DNA from: Candidatus Zixiibacteriota bacterium
Lineage (GTDB): Bacteria > Zixibacteria > MSB-5A5 > GN15 > JAAZOE01
Assembly (NCBI GenBank): GCA_023138975.1
Contig: JAGLON010000032.1
Location: forward strand, 12,903 to 76,902
DNA length: 64,000 nt
Direction: 5' to 3'
Under the pieces are notes generated by a model. It had not been told where the DNA came from, made no database searches, and worked only from the letters and a program-made list of their open reading frames with translations. Shown piece by piece: positions 47,701 to 57,185 of the stretch. Made by a program: the position numbers and the translations under genes. How positions within the stretch are numbered: position 1 is the first letter of the stretch; each line of letters starts with the position of its first letter.

Positions 47701-48856
47701 TACCGCCGTTTCTTTGAAGCTTTTCCGAATTGTTATATATTGTCTTAAGATTGCTATAAGTTTCATCTGGTAGTGGTGATGAGTTTAGCGGCAGATGGCG
47801 ATGATTAATCCGCTTGTAAATATCAATCAGTACCTCCGGTGATGCGTCTATCTCCCAGTAATGGTCGTGGCGGTTTATGTTCGCATTATTGATAAGACTT
47901 TTTATCATCTGGAAGCAGGCTAAGCGATTGTCACTTAAATCAACCTCCAGATCCTGAAGTAGTTCCTCGGGAATTCCCACAATCCGCGAAGTATCTGTAA
48001 AGAACCGTGCCAGAGTTTCAGGTTCTTTTTGTAGTTTGCCGATATTTGATAAAAACTGAGAAAGCAATTGCGACGACAGTAACCTGCAGCTATAAACTTC
48101 AAAATTCTTTAGGGTAATTAGCTTACACCTCAATAATTCATCTAAAAGTACCATCGGTCGGTTTCGATGATTCTTCTGACAAAGAGAAGTGATCATCTTA
48201 TTAATCGCGGATGCTTTACCCTGTATTTTTGCCGACTGCATGAGAACTTTCAACATAATTCCTACAGAGTAATTATCAGATACCGCTGTAGCCGGACAAT
48301 CCTCGAATATTTCAGGAGCTATATGCATCGGAGTTCCTGATATTATTCCTTTTAAGGGGGTGTCCGCAGACCTGAGACTATCGAGATCAGTGAGGATTAT
48401 TTTACCTGATGTTCGATGTATAAGGAAATTTTCAAGCTTTATATCGCAATGAACTAAATTCAGAAAATGCAAATAGTCTATTATTGAGCAAATTTCATAA
48501 AATGACTCTGGAAAACGCTTGACAAAACTAGATGGCGTCAATACTTGCCAGTCTTTCGACTGTAAGTAAGGATACTCAATAATTGGTAAACGATTTACTC
48601 TCTGAATGGCCCTCGCGGTTAACACTAAACCGGATTTGATTGTTTTCTGAAGATGAAATGAGTTTACGAGAGCGTCCGCCAAAATGGATTCTTCAATAGA
48701 AGATTTTTGATTTGTAATTTTCAGAAAACAAGTTTTGCCATCCTTTTTACTTTCTGCTTCCCATGAAGTAGTAAAGTCATTTTCTGACAATAGTGTCTTC
48801 AACTTGTATCTGTCTCTCACAGAAGACATTAGTTTACTAGCCGGCTTTTTATTCAT
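44723..48856 (-). CDS. Multidomain regulator: Ser/Thr-kinase-like domain + TPR array + GAF + sigma54-interaction AAA+ domain + Fis-type HTH
   Basis: 1377 aa. Kinase blocks CFLKI (Lys), HCDIKLENF, LTDLDS, GTPMHIAPE, with no Gly-rich loop. AAA+ blocks GESGTGKE, ELFGVDKGVATGV (GAFTGA variant), GGTLLLDEIGDM, RLVFATN, FREDLYYRIN. C-terminal HTH NQSKASKSIGMPLSTFRRRI. Confidence 0.85.
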   Translation of the reverse strand: MNKKPASKLMSSVRDRYKLKTLLSENDFTTSWEAESKKDGKTCFLKITNQKSSIEESILADALVNSFHLQKTIKSGLVLTARAIQRVNRLPIIEYPYLQSKDWQVLTPSSFVKRFPESFYEICSIIDYLHFLNLVHCDIKLENFLIHRTSGKIILTDLDSLRSADTPLKGIISGTPMHIAPEIFEDCPATAVSDNYSVGIMLKVLMQSAKIQGKASAINKMITSLCQKNHRNRPMVLLDELLRCKLITLKNFEVYSCRLLSSQLLSQFLSNIGKLQKEPETLARFFTDTSRIVGIPEELLQDLEVDLSDNRLACFQMIKSLINNANINRHDHYWEIDASPEVLIDIYKRINHRHLPLNSSPLPDETYSNLKTIYNNSEKLQRNGGKLKNLLLLYNTNQSLAHLKGHNEARGEVLQRLCFSLAGNGRTQNAIDIGKEALRISPKNIYLQREFILCLIKQCLLIGKTKDARKIIDTALKFRSNFEFSLKRLRTWTYQGETKGLKRLQDILEQHEDKLSAEEKVGYYNDIGAHYWLTGNLLKPRDNYLKAIKAGELLKDKFHTVNSMINLASIYNEMAQYKTAISLCKNAKKRAAALQDDSRLSSLYHVIAFSNARLGNYSKARYWLQEYRAYCNTTISKLSLYKILEAHLYLITGDLDNAEKTYDECNNIVSSIGAKRIRGEVLHKLAEIAFYRGNKYRYTEYFNRAESIFREMGNVNSLEELRLLRAFCNFYYQDEYDLNNFQDILESLNSHHCYYSYFLGILHLALSKKFEIFGIIPDEVLTRIKGFSKSSVPIFKSLNVIYNLYKNDSSDNEYLDELKILYQLLNEKGFIFIAAIVCRKISNRYKDKQQNRLALKYLEQSLKLLKQLSNKTLMTQLKKEVDDLKRSNSVTDERIDVFYKISDILSDVTDYHNAVLKILRFAINESGAERGALLLYSNDKESLHVKAFYNCDNKSLHDITALSKSISEMATINFDPLIVTDALKDERTKHFKSVIMYNILSVLCVPISYNQKVLGVLYLDHNTIPALFEKSDISFVSALTNFIGLMITLAQKFNIIQVTNDQLIQDLSSVGVQRSFVTKDEPMLRIFEKLPEIARSNASVLILGESGTGKEILCQMIHDYSLRSDKTLVKINCAALQSSLFESELFGVDKGVATGVQKRIGKFQLADGGTLLLDEIGDMPLEYQAKVLRVIDGQKFEMVGSNHTISTDVRLVFATNKNLRELIDDNNFREDLYYRINTIIIEISPLRERRGDIPLLIKYFARVFLGEDKNLNISQNALQCLLQYSWPGNVREVKNVVERLCILHGQRLIKRADLDASIVNTEKTDKDSVKISSDTEKAMIIEALQKYNWNQSKASKSIGMPLSTFRRRIIKYGITRN

Positions 48857-49051
48857 AAATCAGATTCCTTTATAATAAGATAATAAATCGTTTCGACTAC
48901 GTAAATAGGTAAAATATATATTAGTAATATAGTACTGACAGAAATTGTCATAATGGGGAGAATAATGCTATTGCCGAAAGACGAACTATATCTTAACTTC
49001 AATATATCCAAGTTTTCTTTGTGTGAAAGCCTACAGCCAGGGGGTACTATT

Positions 49052-49966
49052 ATGAGTGAAGCTAGACTTCAAAGGCTAACAAAACGCATCAATGAGCTCG
49101 AAAGTATAGTCGCTGTTTTAACAGATTCGAAACAAGTGCTCGATGCTATTACCAATACGGCTGAAGATTCAATCTTTATAAAAGACATTCATTTTAGATA
49201 TACATTTATTAATCCGGCGATGGAGCGCACATTGGGTTTACCTGCATCTGAATTGATAGGAAAAACTCCCGAAGAGCTGTTTGGAAAAGAGGAAGCAAAG
49301 ATAATCGCATCTGTGGATAGGCCTGTTTTTAAGGGCAAAATTGTTAATGCAAAAAGGACGCTCAAGATCAACGGAATTGAGAGGGTGTTTCATACGGTAC
49401 AAACACCGGTCTTAGACTCGGATGGAAATGTAAAGGCTATCTGCGGTATTGTTCGGGATGTCACTGATCTAAAACGAACTGAAGAAGCCCTTAGGGAGAG
49501 TGAAGAAAAACTTCGATCCTACAATGAAGAATTGCGAGTTGAGAGGCAGGCGCTACATCAGAAAAACATTGCCCTCCAGGAAGTGCTCAGTCAAATCGAG
49601 TCAGGCAAGGAACAATTAGCGTCACAAATAAAATCTAATATTGATCGGGTCGTGATGCCGATAATTAAAGGCCTGGCCGATAAGTCGTCAAACGAGACAC
49701 TCGGTTATATTACACTATTAGAAAGTAGTCTAAAGGATGTTACATCCCCATTTATTAGTCACCTCGAATCTGATTATTCCTGCCTGACTTCACGCCAAAT
49801 AGAAATTTGCAACATGGTAAGAAGCGGGATGAGCTGTAAAGAGATTTCTACCTCATTAAACATTTCAGTTCAGACTGTCCTAAAGCAACGTACGCTTATT
49901 CGCAAAAACCTGGGAATATCCAATAAAAAAATAAATTTAGCGTCTTATTTACAGTCAATGAGCTAA
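49052..49966 (+). CDS. PAS domain + coiled coil + LuxR/GerE-type HTH regulator
   Basis: ORF 48953 trimmed to ATG 49052 (AGGGGG upstream). PAS region (ITNTAEDSIFIKD...FHTVQTPVLDSDGNVKAICGIVRDVT). LuxR HTH LTSRQIEICNMVRSGMSCKEISTSLNISVQTVLKQRTLIRKNLGI. Confidence 0.8.
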   Translation: MSEARLQRLTKRINELESIVAVLTDSKQVLDAITNTAEDSIFIKDIHFRYTFINPAMERTLGLPASELIGKTPEELFGKEEAKIIASVDRPVFKGKIVNAKRTLKINGIERVFHTVQTPVLDSDGNVKAICGIVRDVTDLKRTEEALRESEEKLRSYNEELRVERQALHQKNIALQEVLSQIESGKEQLASQIKSNIDRVVMPIIKGLADKSSNETLGYITLLESSLKDVTSPFISHLESDYSCLTSRQIEICNMVRSGMSCKEISTSLNISVQTVLKQRTLIRKNLGISNKKINLASYLQSMS

Positions 49967-49987
49967 GTACTTTTAGCGTCCTTTGAT

Positions 49988-50003
49988 TGGCCATTATTTT
50001 GCA
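49988..50003 (+). promoter_or_regulatory. Sigma54-like -24/-12 element (best match in the window)
   Basis: TGGCCA-TTATT-TTGCA, but about 400 nt upstream of ATG 50400. Confidence 0.35.
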
Positions 50004-50399
50004 ATAGTTTCTTGTTTCCGAGAGTCAAGCTATAGCTGTTAAGTTATTTAAGTCAGAGCCTGTTATCTTTATTTGGAGTAGTGGCTGATGCGAATCACAA
50101 TGTCTCATTAATAGCGCAGAAAACTATTGGCGCAAAAACCGAGTTTTTTAGTAAGAAACTTCTTTTAATTCTTGTAAAAGTAGACGTGTATACTTATCTT
50201 GTCGTATTGTAAAGAAGCATGCGGGCTTACAACTCAAAGCAAACTATACTGACGAATACCTCACGTCGTTCAGGTCATATTAAGTGGTTATAGGGACAAC
50301 TACATATTCAGTACCTCATTGCTCCATCGCCGAGTTAAATAAATTCGGATGAGTGGATTGCCGATAATCGCTCATAATCTCAACATTGGAGGCCCTTCC

Positions 50400-53300
50400 A
50401 TGAAAAAAGTGCTCACTATTCTGGCAGTCATTTGTTTTACCATTTTGATTGGCTCATTGCCTGCTTTGGCTGACTGGGATCCGGGGGACGGACACAAAAT
50501 GCACTTCCCTCAGCTTCCCAATGAAACAGGCTGGAATGTAAATGCTACATATCCGAGAACTTTAGCGGACGACTGGGAATGTTCAGAGAGCGGACCCGTA
50601 AATGAAATACATTTCTGGGGCTCCTGGCTTGGTGGAGAAGTCGGGACACTCCTAGGCTTTAATTTAGCCATTTACTCCGATGTTCCGGATCCTGACGGTC
50701 CTGGTCCCGAGTATAGCAGGCCGGGTGCAGAATTGTGGTCTCGACATTTCCCCATTGAAGAGGTGGTTGTTCGGCATATCATACCGGACCCCCAACTTTG
50801 GGAAGGGTGGTACGATCCTGAAACAGAAACTTATATCTATCCGGACCACGATAACTATTGGCAATACAATCTCTTTAATATCCCGGATCCTTTCGTCCAG
50901 ACTGTGGGAGACACCTTCTGGCTGGTCATTTCTGCAGTAGTTGAGGAAGAGGTCCCTGAGAAGTTATGGGGGTGGAAATCCGCACTCGATCACTGGAATG
51001 ATGATGGCGTCTGGTCAGCATCGGGACCTCCTTTTAATTGGGCGGAACTATACGAACCACCAGATTTCCTGGTCTCTATGGATCTGTCGTTTGTGATCAA
51101 CTATCAGGAAGGAGAGACTGGTGCCTGTTGCTTGAATGGAGGTGTAAACTGCATAGACACTAACCAAGTTGACTGCGTTGCCATAGGAGGGGTATTCCAG
51201 GGGGGCGGTTCAGTTTGTTTGGGTGACAATAACGGTAACGGTATTGATGATGCCTGTGAGAGTGGCTCAGATCCCGACGGCGATGGAATCGATGATGATG
51301 GCGACGGAAGCGGTATTCCCGGCGATAATCCTTGTACCGGCGGTAATACTGTTGGTTGCGATGACAATTGTCCCACCATGCCTAACCCCAATCAGGAGGA
51401 CGGGGACTCAGATGGTGTCGGTGATATTTGTGATAATTGTCCTGGCATGCCTAATCCACCTCAGATGAATACGGATACTGACAGTCATGGAGATGCTTGC
51501 GACAACTGTCCTGCCACGGACAATGAAGATCAGGCCAACTCGGACACTGATAGTTTCGGTGATGTTTGCGATAACTGTCCAACCGACGACAACCAGAATC
51601 AAGCTAATGCCGACTCAGATAGTCTCGGTAATGTTTGTGATAATTGTCCAACGGTAAGTAATGATAATCAAGCAAATTCTGATGCCGATAGTCATGGCGA
51701 TGTCTGCGACAACTGCATTAACGACGACAATGAAGATCAAGCGGATCTGGACGGTGACAGCGTTGGTGATGCGTGTGACTCGGACGACGATGGTGACGGT
51801 ATCAACGACGGCAGCGATAATTGTCCGATGGTTGCCAACCCGGCCCAGACGAATTCTGACGCTGATAGTCATGGTGATGCCTGTGATAACTGCATTAACG
51901 ATGACAACGAAGATCAGTCAGATATAGACTCTGATGGTATCGGCGATGTCTGTGATTCGGATGATGATGGTGACGGTATAAACGACGGTAGCGACAATTG
52001 TCCGACAGTTGCTAACCCAGCTCAGACGAACTCTGACGCTGACAGTCATGGTGATGCCTGTGATAACTGCGTTAACGATGACAATGAAGATCAGTCAGAC
52101 ATAGATGCTGATGGTATCGGCGATGTCTGTGATTCGGACGATGATGGTGATGGTGTCGGAGATGCCAGCGACAATTGTCCGACGGTTGCCAACTCGGCCC
52201 AGACGAACTCCGATACTGACAGTCACGGTGATGCCTGCGATAACTGCATTAACGATGACAACGAAGATCAATCGGATATTGACGGTGACGGAGCCGGTGA
52301 TGTCTGTGATTCGGACGATGATGGCGACGGTGTCGATGACACCAGCGATAATTGCCCGGGAGTTGCCAACGCCGCACAGACTAACTCCGATACTGACAGT
52401 CACGGTGATGCCTGCGATAACTGCATTAACGATGACAATGAAGATCAGGCGGATATTGATGACGACGGAATTGGTGATGTCTGTGATTCGGACGACGATG
52501 GTGACGGCATAGACGATACCAGCGATAACTGTCCCGATGTCTATAATCCGACTCAGACAAACTCTGATGCGGATAGCCACGGCGATGCCTGTGATAACTG
52601 TCCCAATGATACAAACGAGGACCAATCTGATCTGGATGCCGACGGAATTGGTGATGTTTGTGATTCGGACGACGATGGCGACGGTGTCGGCGATACCAGT
52701 GACAATTGTCCGACGGTTGCCAATCCCGCTCAGACGAACTCTGATGCTGACAGTCACGGTGATGCCTGTGATAACTGTCCCAATGATACTAACGAGGATC
52801 AATCTGATCTGGACGCTGACGGCGTAGGGGATGTCTGTGATTCTGACGCTGACGGCGACGGAGTAGATGACGCCAGCGATAACTGTCCCGGTGTTTATAA
52901 CCCAGATCAGGCCGATGCGGATAGTGACGGTACCGGCGATGCCTGTGATTCTGATATAGATGGCGATGGTCATAACAACGACAGTGATAATTGTCCTTAT
53001 GACGACAACGCGGATCAGGCTGATAATGACAGCGACGGTCAGGGCGATGTTTGTGATACAGACGATGATAACGATGGTGTCTTGGACGCCATTGACAATT
53101 GTCCGTTTGTCCATAACAGCGGTCAGCAAGACGCTGACAGCGATGATGATGGCGATGCCTGTGACACCGATGATGATAATGACGGTGTTCTTGACGATGG
53201 TGACAACAGTGGAACAGTCGGTGATGCACCATGTACCGGAGGACAGACGACTAATTGTGATGACAATTGCCAGTTTACGGATAACCCGAATCAAGAAGAT

Positions 53301-54425
53301 GCCAACAGTAATGGCGTTGGTGATGCTTGTGAAGGTGATTCCGATGGTGATGGTGTTGCTGATGGCATTGATAACTGCCCCGGGATTTATAATCCCGATC
53401 AAGCTGACGCGGATAGTGACGGTGTCGGCGACGCCTGTGATACCGATGATGACGATGATGGTGTCGACGATGCGGACGACAATTGTCCGAATATCTCTAA
53501 TCCAGGTCAGGAAGACAACGATAGCGATGGTGTAGGTGATGCTTGTGATCCTGACGACGACAATGATGGCGTCGCGGACGGCAGTGACAACTGTGCCTTT
53601 GTCTACAATCCGGGCCAGCTGGATGCCGATAGTGATGGCGTTGGCAATGCCTGCGATGCTGACGACGACGACGATGGAATCCTTGATGACGGCGATGGTA
53701 ATGGGGTTCCGGGTGATAACCCGTGCACCGGCGGGCAGACGACCAACTGTGACGACAACTGTCCGACTATCAGCAACCCGGACCAGGCCGATTCTGACGG
53801 CGATGGTGTCGGTGATGTCTGTCAGGGAGATTCTGACGGTGACGCTGTTGGCGACGATAGCGATAACTGTCCGGATGTTTACAATCCTGACCAGGCCGAT
53901 CGAGATAGTGATGGCGTTGGCGATGCGTGTGATCCTGATGATGACAATGATGCCGTACTCGATGGCACCGATAATTGTCCCTTTGTCTACAATCCCTCTC
54001 AGCTGGATACTGACAACGACGGCATTGGAAACGCCTGCGATTCCGATGACGATAATGACGGTATATATGATGACGGTGATGGCAGTGGAATGGCTGGTGA
54101 CAACCCGTGTTCGGGAGGCCAGACGACCAATTGTGATGACAATTGTCCGCTTACGCCCAATTCTAATCAAGCCGACGATGATGACAACGGTATCGGCAAT
54201 GTCTGCGAAGCTGATTTCCTTTGCGGTGATGCCAATGGCGATGGCCAGATAAACGTTGGTGATGCTGTATTTGTTATCAACTACGCCTTCAAGGGAGGGC
54301 CAGCCCCTGATCCGGTTGAAGCCGGTGACTCTAATTGTGATGACCAAACCAATGTTGGTGATGCGGTGTATATTATTAATTACGCCTTCAAAGGTGGTCC
54401 GGCTCCTTGTGCCAATTGTCCATAA
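50400..54425 (+). CDS. Secreted thrombospondin type-3 (Ca-binding) repeat protein with an N-terminal globular domain and a C-terminal dockerin-like module
   Basis: ORF 50349 trimmed to ATG 50400 (GGAGG 7 nt upstream; signal [24 protein letters not shown]). About 29 DxDxDGxGDxCDNCP-type repeats. Dockerin-like tail at nt 54222-54422. Confidence 0.85.
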   Translation: MKKVLTILAVICFTILIGSLPALADWDPGDGHKMHFPQLPNETGWNVNATYPRTLADDWECSESGPVNEIHFWGSWLGGEVGTLLGFNLAIYSDVPDPDGPGPEYSRPGAELWSRHFPIEEVVVRHIIPDPQLWEGWYDPETETYIYPDHDNYWQYNLFNIPDPFVQTVGDTFWLVISAVVEEEVPEKLWGWKSALDHWNDDGVWSASGPPFNWAELYEPPDFLVSMDLSFVINYQEGETGACCLNGGVNCIDTNQVDCVAIGGVFQGGGSVCLGDNNGNGIDDACESGSDPDGDGIDDDGDGSGIPGDNPCTGGNTVGCDDNCPTMPNPNQEDGDSDGVGDICDNCPGMPNPPQMNTDTDSHGDACDNCPATDNEDQANSDTDSFGDVCDNCPTDDNQNQANADSDSLGNVCDNCPTVSNDNQANSDADSHGDVCDNCINDDNEDQADLDGDSVGDACDSDDDGDGINDGSDNCPMVANPAQTNSDADSHGDACDNCINDDNEDQSDIDSDGIGDVCDSDDDGDGINDGSDNCPTVANPAQTNSDADSHGDACDNCVNDDNEDQSDIDADGIGDVCDSDDDGDGVGDASDNCPTVANSAQTNSDTDSHGDACDNCINDDNEDQSDIDGDGAGDVCDSDDDGDGVDDTSDNCPGVANAAQTNSDTDSHGDACDNCINDDNEDQADIDDDGIGDVCDSDDDGDGIDDTSDNCPDVYNPTQTNSDADSHGDACDNCPNDTNEDQSDLDADGIGDVCDSDDDGDGVGDTSDNCPTVANPAQTNSDADSHGDACDNCPNDTNEDQSDLDADGVGDVCDSDADGDGVDDASDNCPGVYNPDQADADSDGTGDACDSDIDGDGHNNDSDNCPYDDNADQADNDSDGQGDVCDTDDDNDGVLDAIDNCPFVHNSGQQDADSDDDGDACDTDDDNDGVLDDGDNSGTVGDAPCTGGQTTNCDDNCQFTDNPNQEDANSNGVGDACEGDSDGDGVADGIDNCPGIYNPDQADADSDGVGDACDTDDDDDGVDDADDNCPNISNPGQEDNDSDGVGDACDPDDDNDGVADGSDNCAFVYNPGQLDADSDGVGNACDADDDDDGILDDGDGNGVPGDNPCTGGQTTNCDDNCPTISNPDQADSDGDGVGDVCQGDSDGDAVGDDSDNCPDVYNPDQADRDSDGVGDACDPDDDNDAVLDGTDNCPFVYNPSQLDTDNDGIGNACDSDDDNDGIYDDGDGSGMAGDNPCSGGQTTNCDDNCPLTPNSNQADDDDNGIGNVCEADFLCGDANGDGQINVGDAVFVINYAFKGGPAPDPVEAGDSNCDDQTNVGDAVYIINYAFKGGPAPCANCP
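51687..52925 (+). repeat. Seven tandem copies of a 177-nt (59-aa) unit inside the TSP3 gene
   Basis: Unit starts (GA[TC]AG[TC]CA[TC]GG) fall at 51687, 51864, 52041, 52218, 52395, 52572 and 52749, exactly 177 nt apart. Confidence 0.85.
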
Positions 54426-54450
54426 TTCAATAAACTAACATCCACAATAA

Positions 54451-54478
54451 AAAGGCCGGTTTTTCACCGGCCTTTTTA
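54451..54478 (+). terminator. Intrinsic terminator after the TSP3 gene
   Basis: GGCCGGT-TTTTC-ACCGGCC followed by TTTTT. Confidence 0.75.
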
Positions 54479-54697
54479 TGTATACACTATAGGTGATGCT
54501 GTTATTACGGACCTCTTATTTATGGTAAGCAAGAGACAGGTATGCTAATGTGCTCTGTTTAACCCTGTAAAAATGCCAAAATTCAGTCTATGAAAGTGCA
54601 AATAACATCAAATTAACCCGTATCTCACTTCGTTTTAATTCTGTAGTAACAGTGCCATGCGGTAGTCACTTTGTATACAACGCTTCAACTCGGAGTA

Positions 54698-56719
54698 ATG
54701 AACGTGAAACTTCTCGTGACAACTATGTTGACAGTATTATTAATTCTTGGTGTTCAAGCGGATGCCGTTAATTGGCAGCATGCCGATGGACCTTACGGAG
54801 GCATAGTATTTTCAATGTTTGTCACTTCAGAAGGCACTCTCCTGTCTGGTATCTGGGAAGCCGGATCATTTCGCAGTACCGATAACGGTCAGAATTGGTC
54901 GGAGACAAAGCTCGGCCTATGCCAATGCTTCGGTTCCGTGTTTGCCGAAAGCGATGACGGGTATATCTTTGCAGGCAATCCCTTCGGGGCTTTTCGCTCA
55001 ATTGATGATGGCCAAACCTGGGAACTGGTCAACGACGGTATCACCCAGCCGATAATATTCTCAATAGCTATCAATTCTGAGGGAGTTGTCTTTGCAGGAA
55101 CTGCTACTGACGGGATATTCAGCTCCATAGACAATGCCGCTACTTGGCAACCTGCCAATAATGGTCTTCCCGTAACAGGATACCCGGTTCTGTTTGTTAC
55201 TCATAGTGATGTCATTCTTACCGCCTCCGCTGCCGGTGATCTTTTCCGATCTCTGGATAGCGGCTCAAGCTGGCATCCGGTCGGGGACGAAATAAACGCA
55301 AACAGCATCACAGCCATTATTTCACATCCCGGCGGTCGTGTACTTGCTGGAACCAATAATGCAGGCCTGTTTTATTCCGATGATGAAGGAGCTTCCTGGT
55401 TTCCGATGTCCGGCGGCCCGGCCGATGGCTTTATTCGCTCCCTGGCAATTGCGTATAATGACATTCTATATATGGGTTCGAAAACTGAAGGACTTTTTCG
55501 CTCCGACGATACTGGAAGCACATGGTTAGCTATAAGTTCAGAGCTGTACTATAAAGACATCCAATCTGTGGCAGTAAATTTAGCCGAGGATACTTTTATC
55601 GGTACCGGCGGTGGTGGTATCTATGGCTCCACTGATCAGGGAGCTAACTGGGACCAAGTGAACACCGGTCTATTCAAGACTTACCTGCAGGATATGGCCC
55701 ATGCTCAAACAGGTGATATCTTTGCCGCATCATTATTCTCCGGCCTCCACAGATCAACCGACAACGCATCATCATGGGAACAGGTAACGAATGGATTGAG
55801 TAGTACACATTTACGGGTAATTGTTCAATCAGCATCGGGAGTTGTCTATCTTGGTTCTCGTGATAAAGGTCTCTTTCGGTCATACGACAACGGTCTGACT
55901 TGGTCGCCGGCGAACAATAACATAACTGACACTGCCGTATATGCCATTGATATTAGCCCAAATGGCGGAATAATAATCGGGTCCGATGCCGGGCGACTCT
56001 ATTACAGTGATAATGATGGCGACAATTGGTCACTTATCACCATTGGGTTGACTACCAAATTTATTCGTGCTGTCGCTATTGATTCCTCCGGGACTTTTTT
56101 TGCAGGTAACGAAGAAGGGCTCTTTCGTTCCACAGATAACGGTCAATCATGGCTGGAAATCAACAACGGCCTGAGCAGTACCTATGCCTATTGTCTGGAA
56201 TTCGATGAACAGGGAATTCTTTACACAGGAACGCAGGGAGGTATTTTCAAAACCGTCGACACTGGAAACAGTTGGATTAGTCTCGTTGATGATAATTTAC
56301 TTTATCATCAGGTTGAAGATATTATTTTTACTCCGTTCGGTAAAACCTTAGTAGCCACTCAAAGTGGTGTTTTCCAATCTTCCGACTTTGGGGAATCATG
56401 GGTATTTCTCGGCAGTGGAGCTATCAATTTTCATATAACTTCTGTGTTGTACCTTGATGATGAAACTATCATTGCCGGTACTTACGGATCCGGAGTCTAC
56501 CTTGGTCGTGCGCTGTGTGGTGACGCTAATTCCGATACATCTGTCAACATCGGTGATGCGGTATTTATTATAAATTATGCCTTCAAGGGAGGCCCAGCTC
56601 CTGTTCCAATAGAGGCCGGTGACGCCAACTGCGATGTTCAAACCAACGTTGGCGATGCAGTTTTTATAATTAACTATGCCTTCAAAGGTGGCCCGGCTCC
56701 TTGTGCAAACTGTCTTTAA
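54698..56719 (+). CDS. Secreted BNR/Asp-box repeat beta-propeller protein with a C-terminal dockerin-like module
   Basis: ORF 54671 trimmed to ATG 54698 (signal MNVKLLVTTMLTVLLILGVQADA). Thirteen SxDxGxxW boxes (STDNGQNWS, SIDDGQTWE, SDDEGASWF ...). Dockerin-like tail at nt 56515-56716. Confidence 0.8.
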   Translation: MNVKLLVTTMLTVLLILGVQADAVNWQHADGPYGGIVFSMFVTSEGTLLSGIWEAGSFRSTDNGQNWSETKLGLCQCFGSVFAESDDGYIFAGNPFGAFRSIDDGQTWELVNDGITQPIIFSIAINSEGVVFAGTATDGIFSSIDNAATWQPANNGLPVTGYPVLFVTHSDVILTASAAGDLFRSLDSGSSWHPVGDEINANSITAIISHPGGRVLAGTNNAGLFYSDDEGASWFPMSGGPADGFIRSLAIAYNDILYMGSKTEGLFRSDDTGSTWLAISSELYYKDIQSVAVNLAEDTFIGTGGGGIYGSTDQGANWDQVNTGLFKTYLQDMAHAQTGDIFAASLFSGLHRSTDNASSWEQVTNGLSSTHLRVIVQSASGVVYLGSRDKGLFRSYDNGLTWSPANNNITDTAVYAIDISPNGGIIIGSDAGRLYYSDNDGDNWSLITIGLTTKFIRAVAIDSSGTFFAGNEEGLFRSTDNGQSWLEINNGLSSTYAYCLEFDEQGILYTGTQGGIFKTVDTGNSWISLVDDNLLYHQVEDIIFTPFGKTLVATQSGVFQSSDFGESWVFLGSGAINFHITSVLYLDDETIIAGTYGSGVYLGRALCGDANSDTSVNIGDAVFIINYAFKGGPAPVPIEAGDANCDVQTNVGDAVFIINYAFKGGPAPCANCL

Positions 56720-56729
56720 ACTTCTTCTC

Positions 56730-57185
56730 TTATTTTCGGCCGGGTGGACTGGGCTGAATTGTCTTTCTATCGCTGCTTCTTAAGGCTGACGATGCTTTCT
56801 CATAATCGGCGGGATTGACCCAGATAATATATCCGAACCGGCCAGTTCCGTCAACAACAGCATTGGATGCATGAATATTTATACCGGCATTGGACAGTTT
56901 GAGATGGAACTCATATAAAGCTCCAATACTGTCATCTCCCTGGATCAGGAATGCTTTCTTTGGTCCGATAAGAGTTAGGTTAGCATCCTCAACCGCCTCT
57001 TTTAGCAGTACGGCATCATCAGGGAAGAAATCAACCTGACTCTGGCCATCACCTGTTGGAAAAACAGTTAAGGCATTTAAATTGACCTTTTTCTCACTCA
57101 GAAATTCCATCAGCTTTCTGGCTTCGCCCGGTTTGTCAGGAACCAGTGAATAATAATATTCCACTTCTTTGACAACTGAAGACAT
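56730..57185 (-). CDS. Small tandem ACT-like domain protein (tentative)
   Basis: 151 aa. Two similar halves with the pattern Y.SLVPDKPGEARKLMEFLSEKKVNLNAL and IQGDDSIGALYEFHLKLSNAGINIHA. Confidence 0.45.
   Translation of the reverse strand: MSSVVKEVEYYYSLVPDKPGEARKLMEFLSEKKVNLNALTVFPTGDGQSQVDFFPDDAVLLKEAVEDANLTLIGPKKAFLIQGDDSIGALYEFHLKLSNAGINIHASNAVVDGTGRFGYIIWVNPADYEKASSALRSSDRKTIQPSPPGRK

Noticed and set aside
51400-54200. Regular short-period repetition that could superficially suggest a CRISPR array
   Set aside because: The repeats are in-frame coding units (177-nt period, no unique spacers of constant length, no flanking leader or cas genes), and they translate into canonical Ca-binding TSP3 motifs.
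51104-54252. Several 80-240-aa ORFs in other frames of the TSP3 region (e.g. 52105-52512, 52960-53535, 53536-54252, 52789-53232)
   Set aside because: They have low-complexity M/T/V/R/H-rich translations produced by the repetitive acidic coding frame. All are nested inside a gene with clear signal peptide, domain logic and terminator.
52095-54347. 750-aa minus-strand ORF, the longest alternative ORF in the window
   Set aside because: It is entirely antisense to the TSP3 repeat gene and has a monotonous I/V/T/R/G composition that mirrors the GAT/GAC-rich sense strand. It has no start context, no domains, and is broken in the same periodic way. I treat it as a frame artefact of the repeats.
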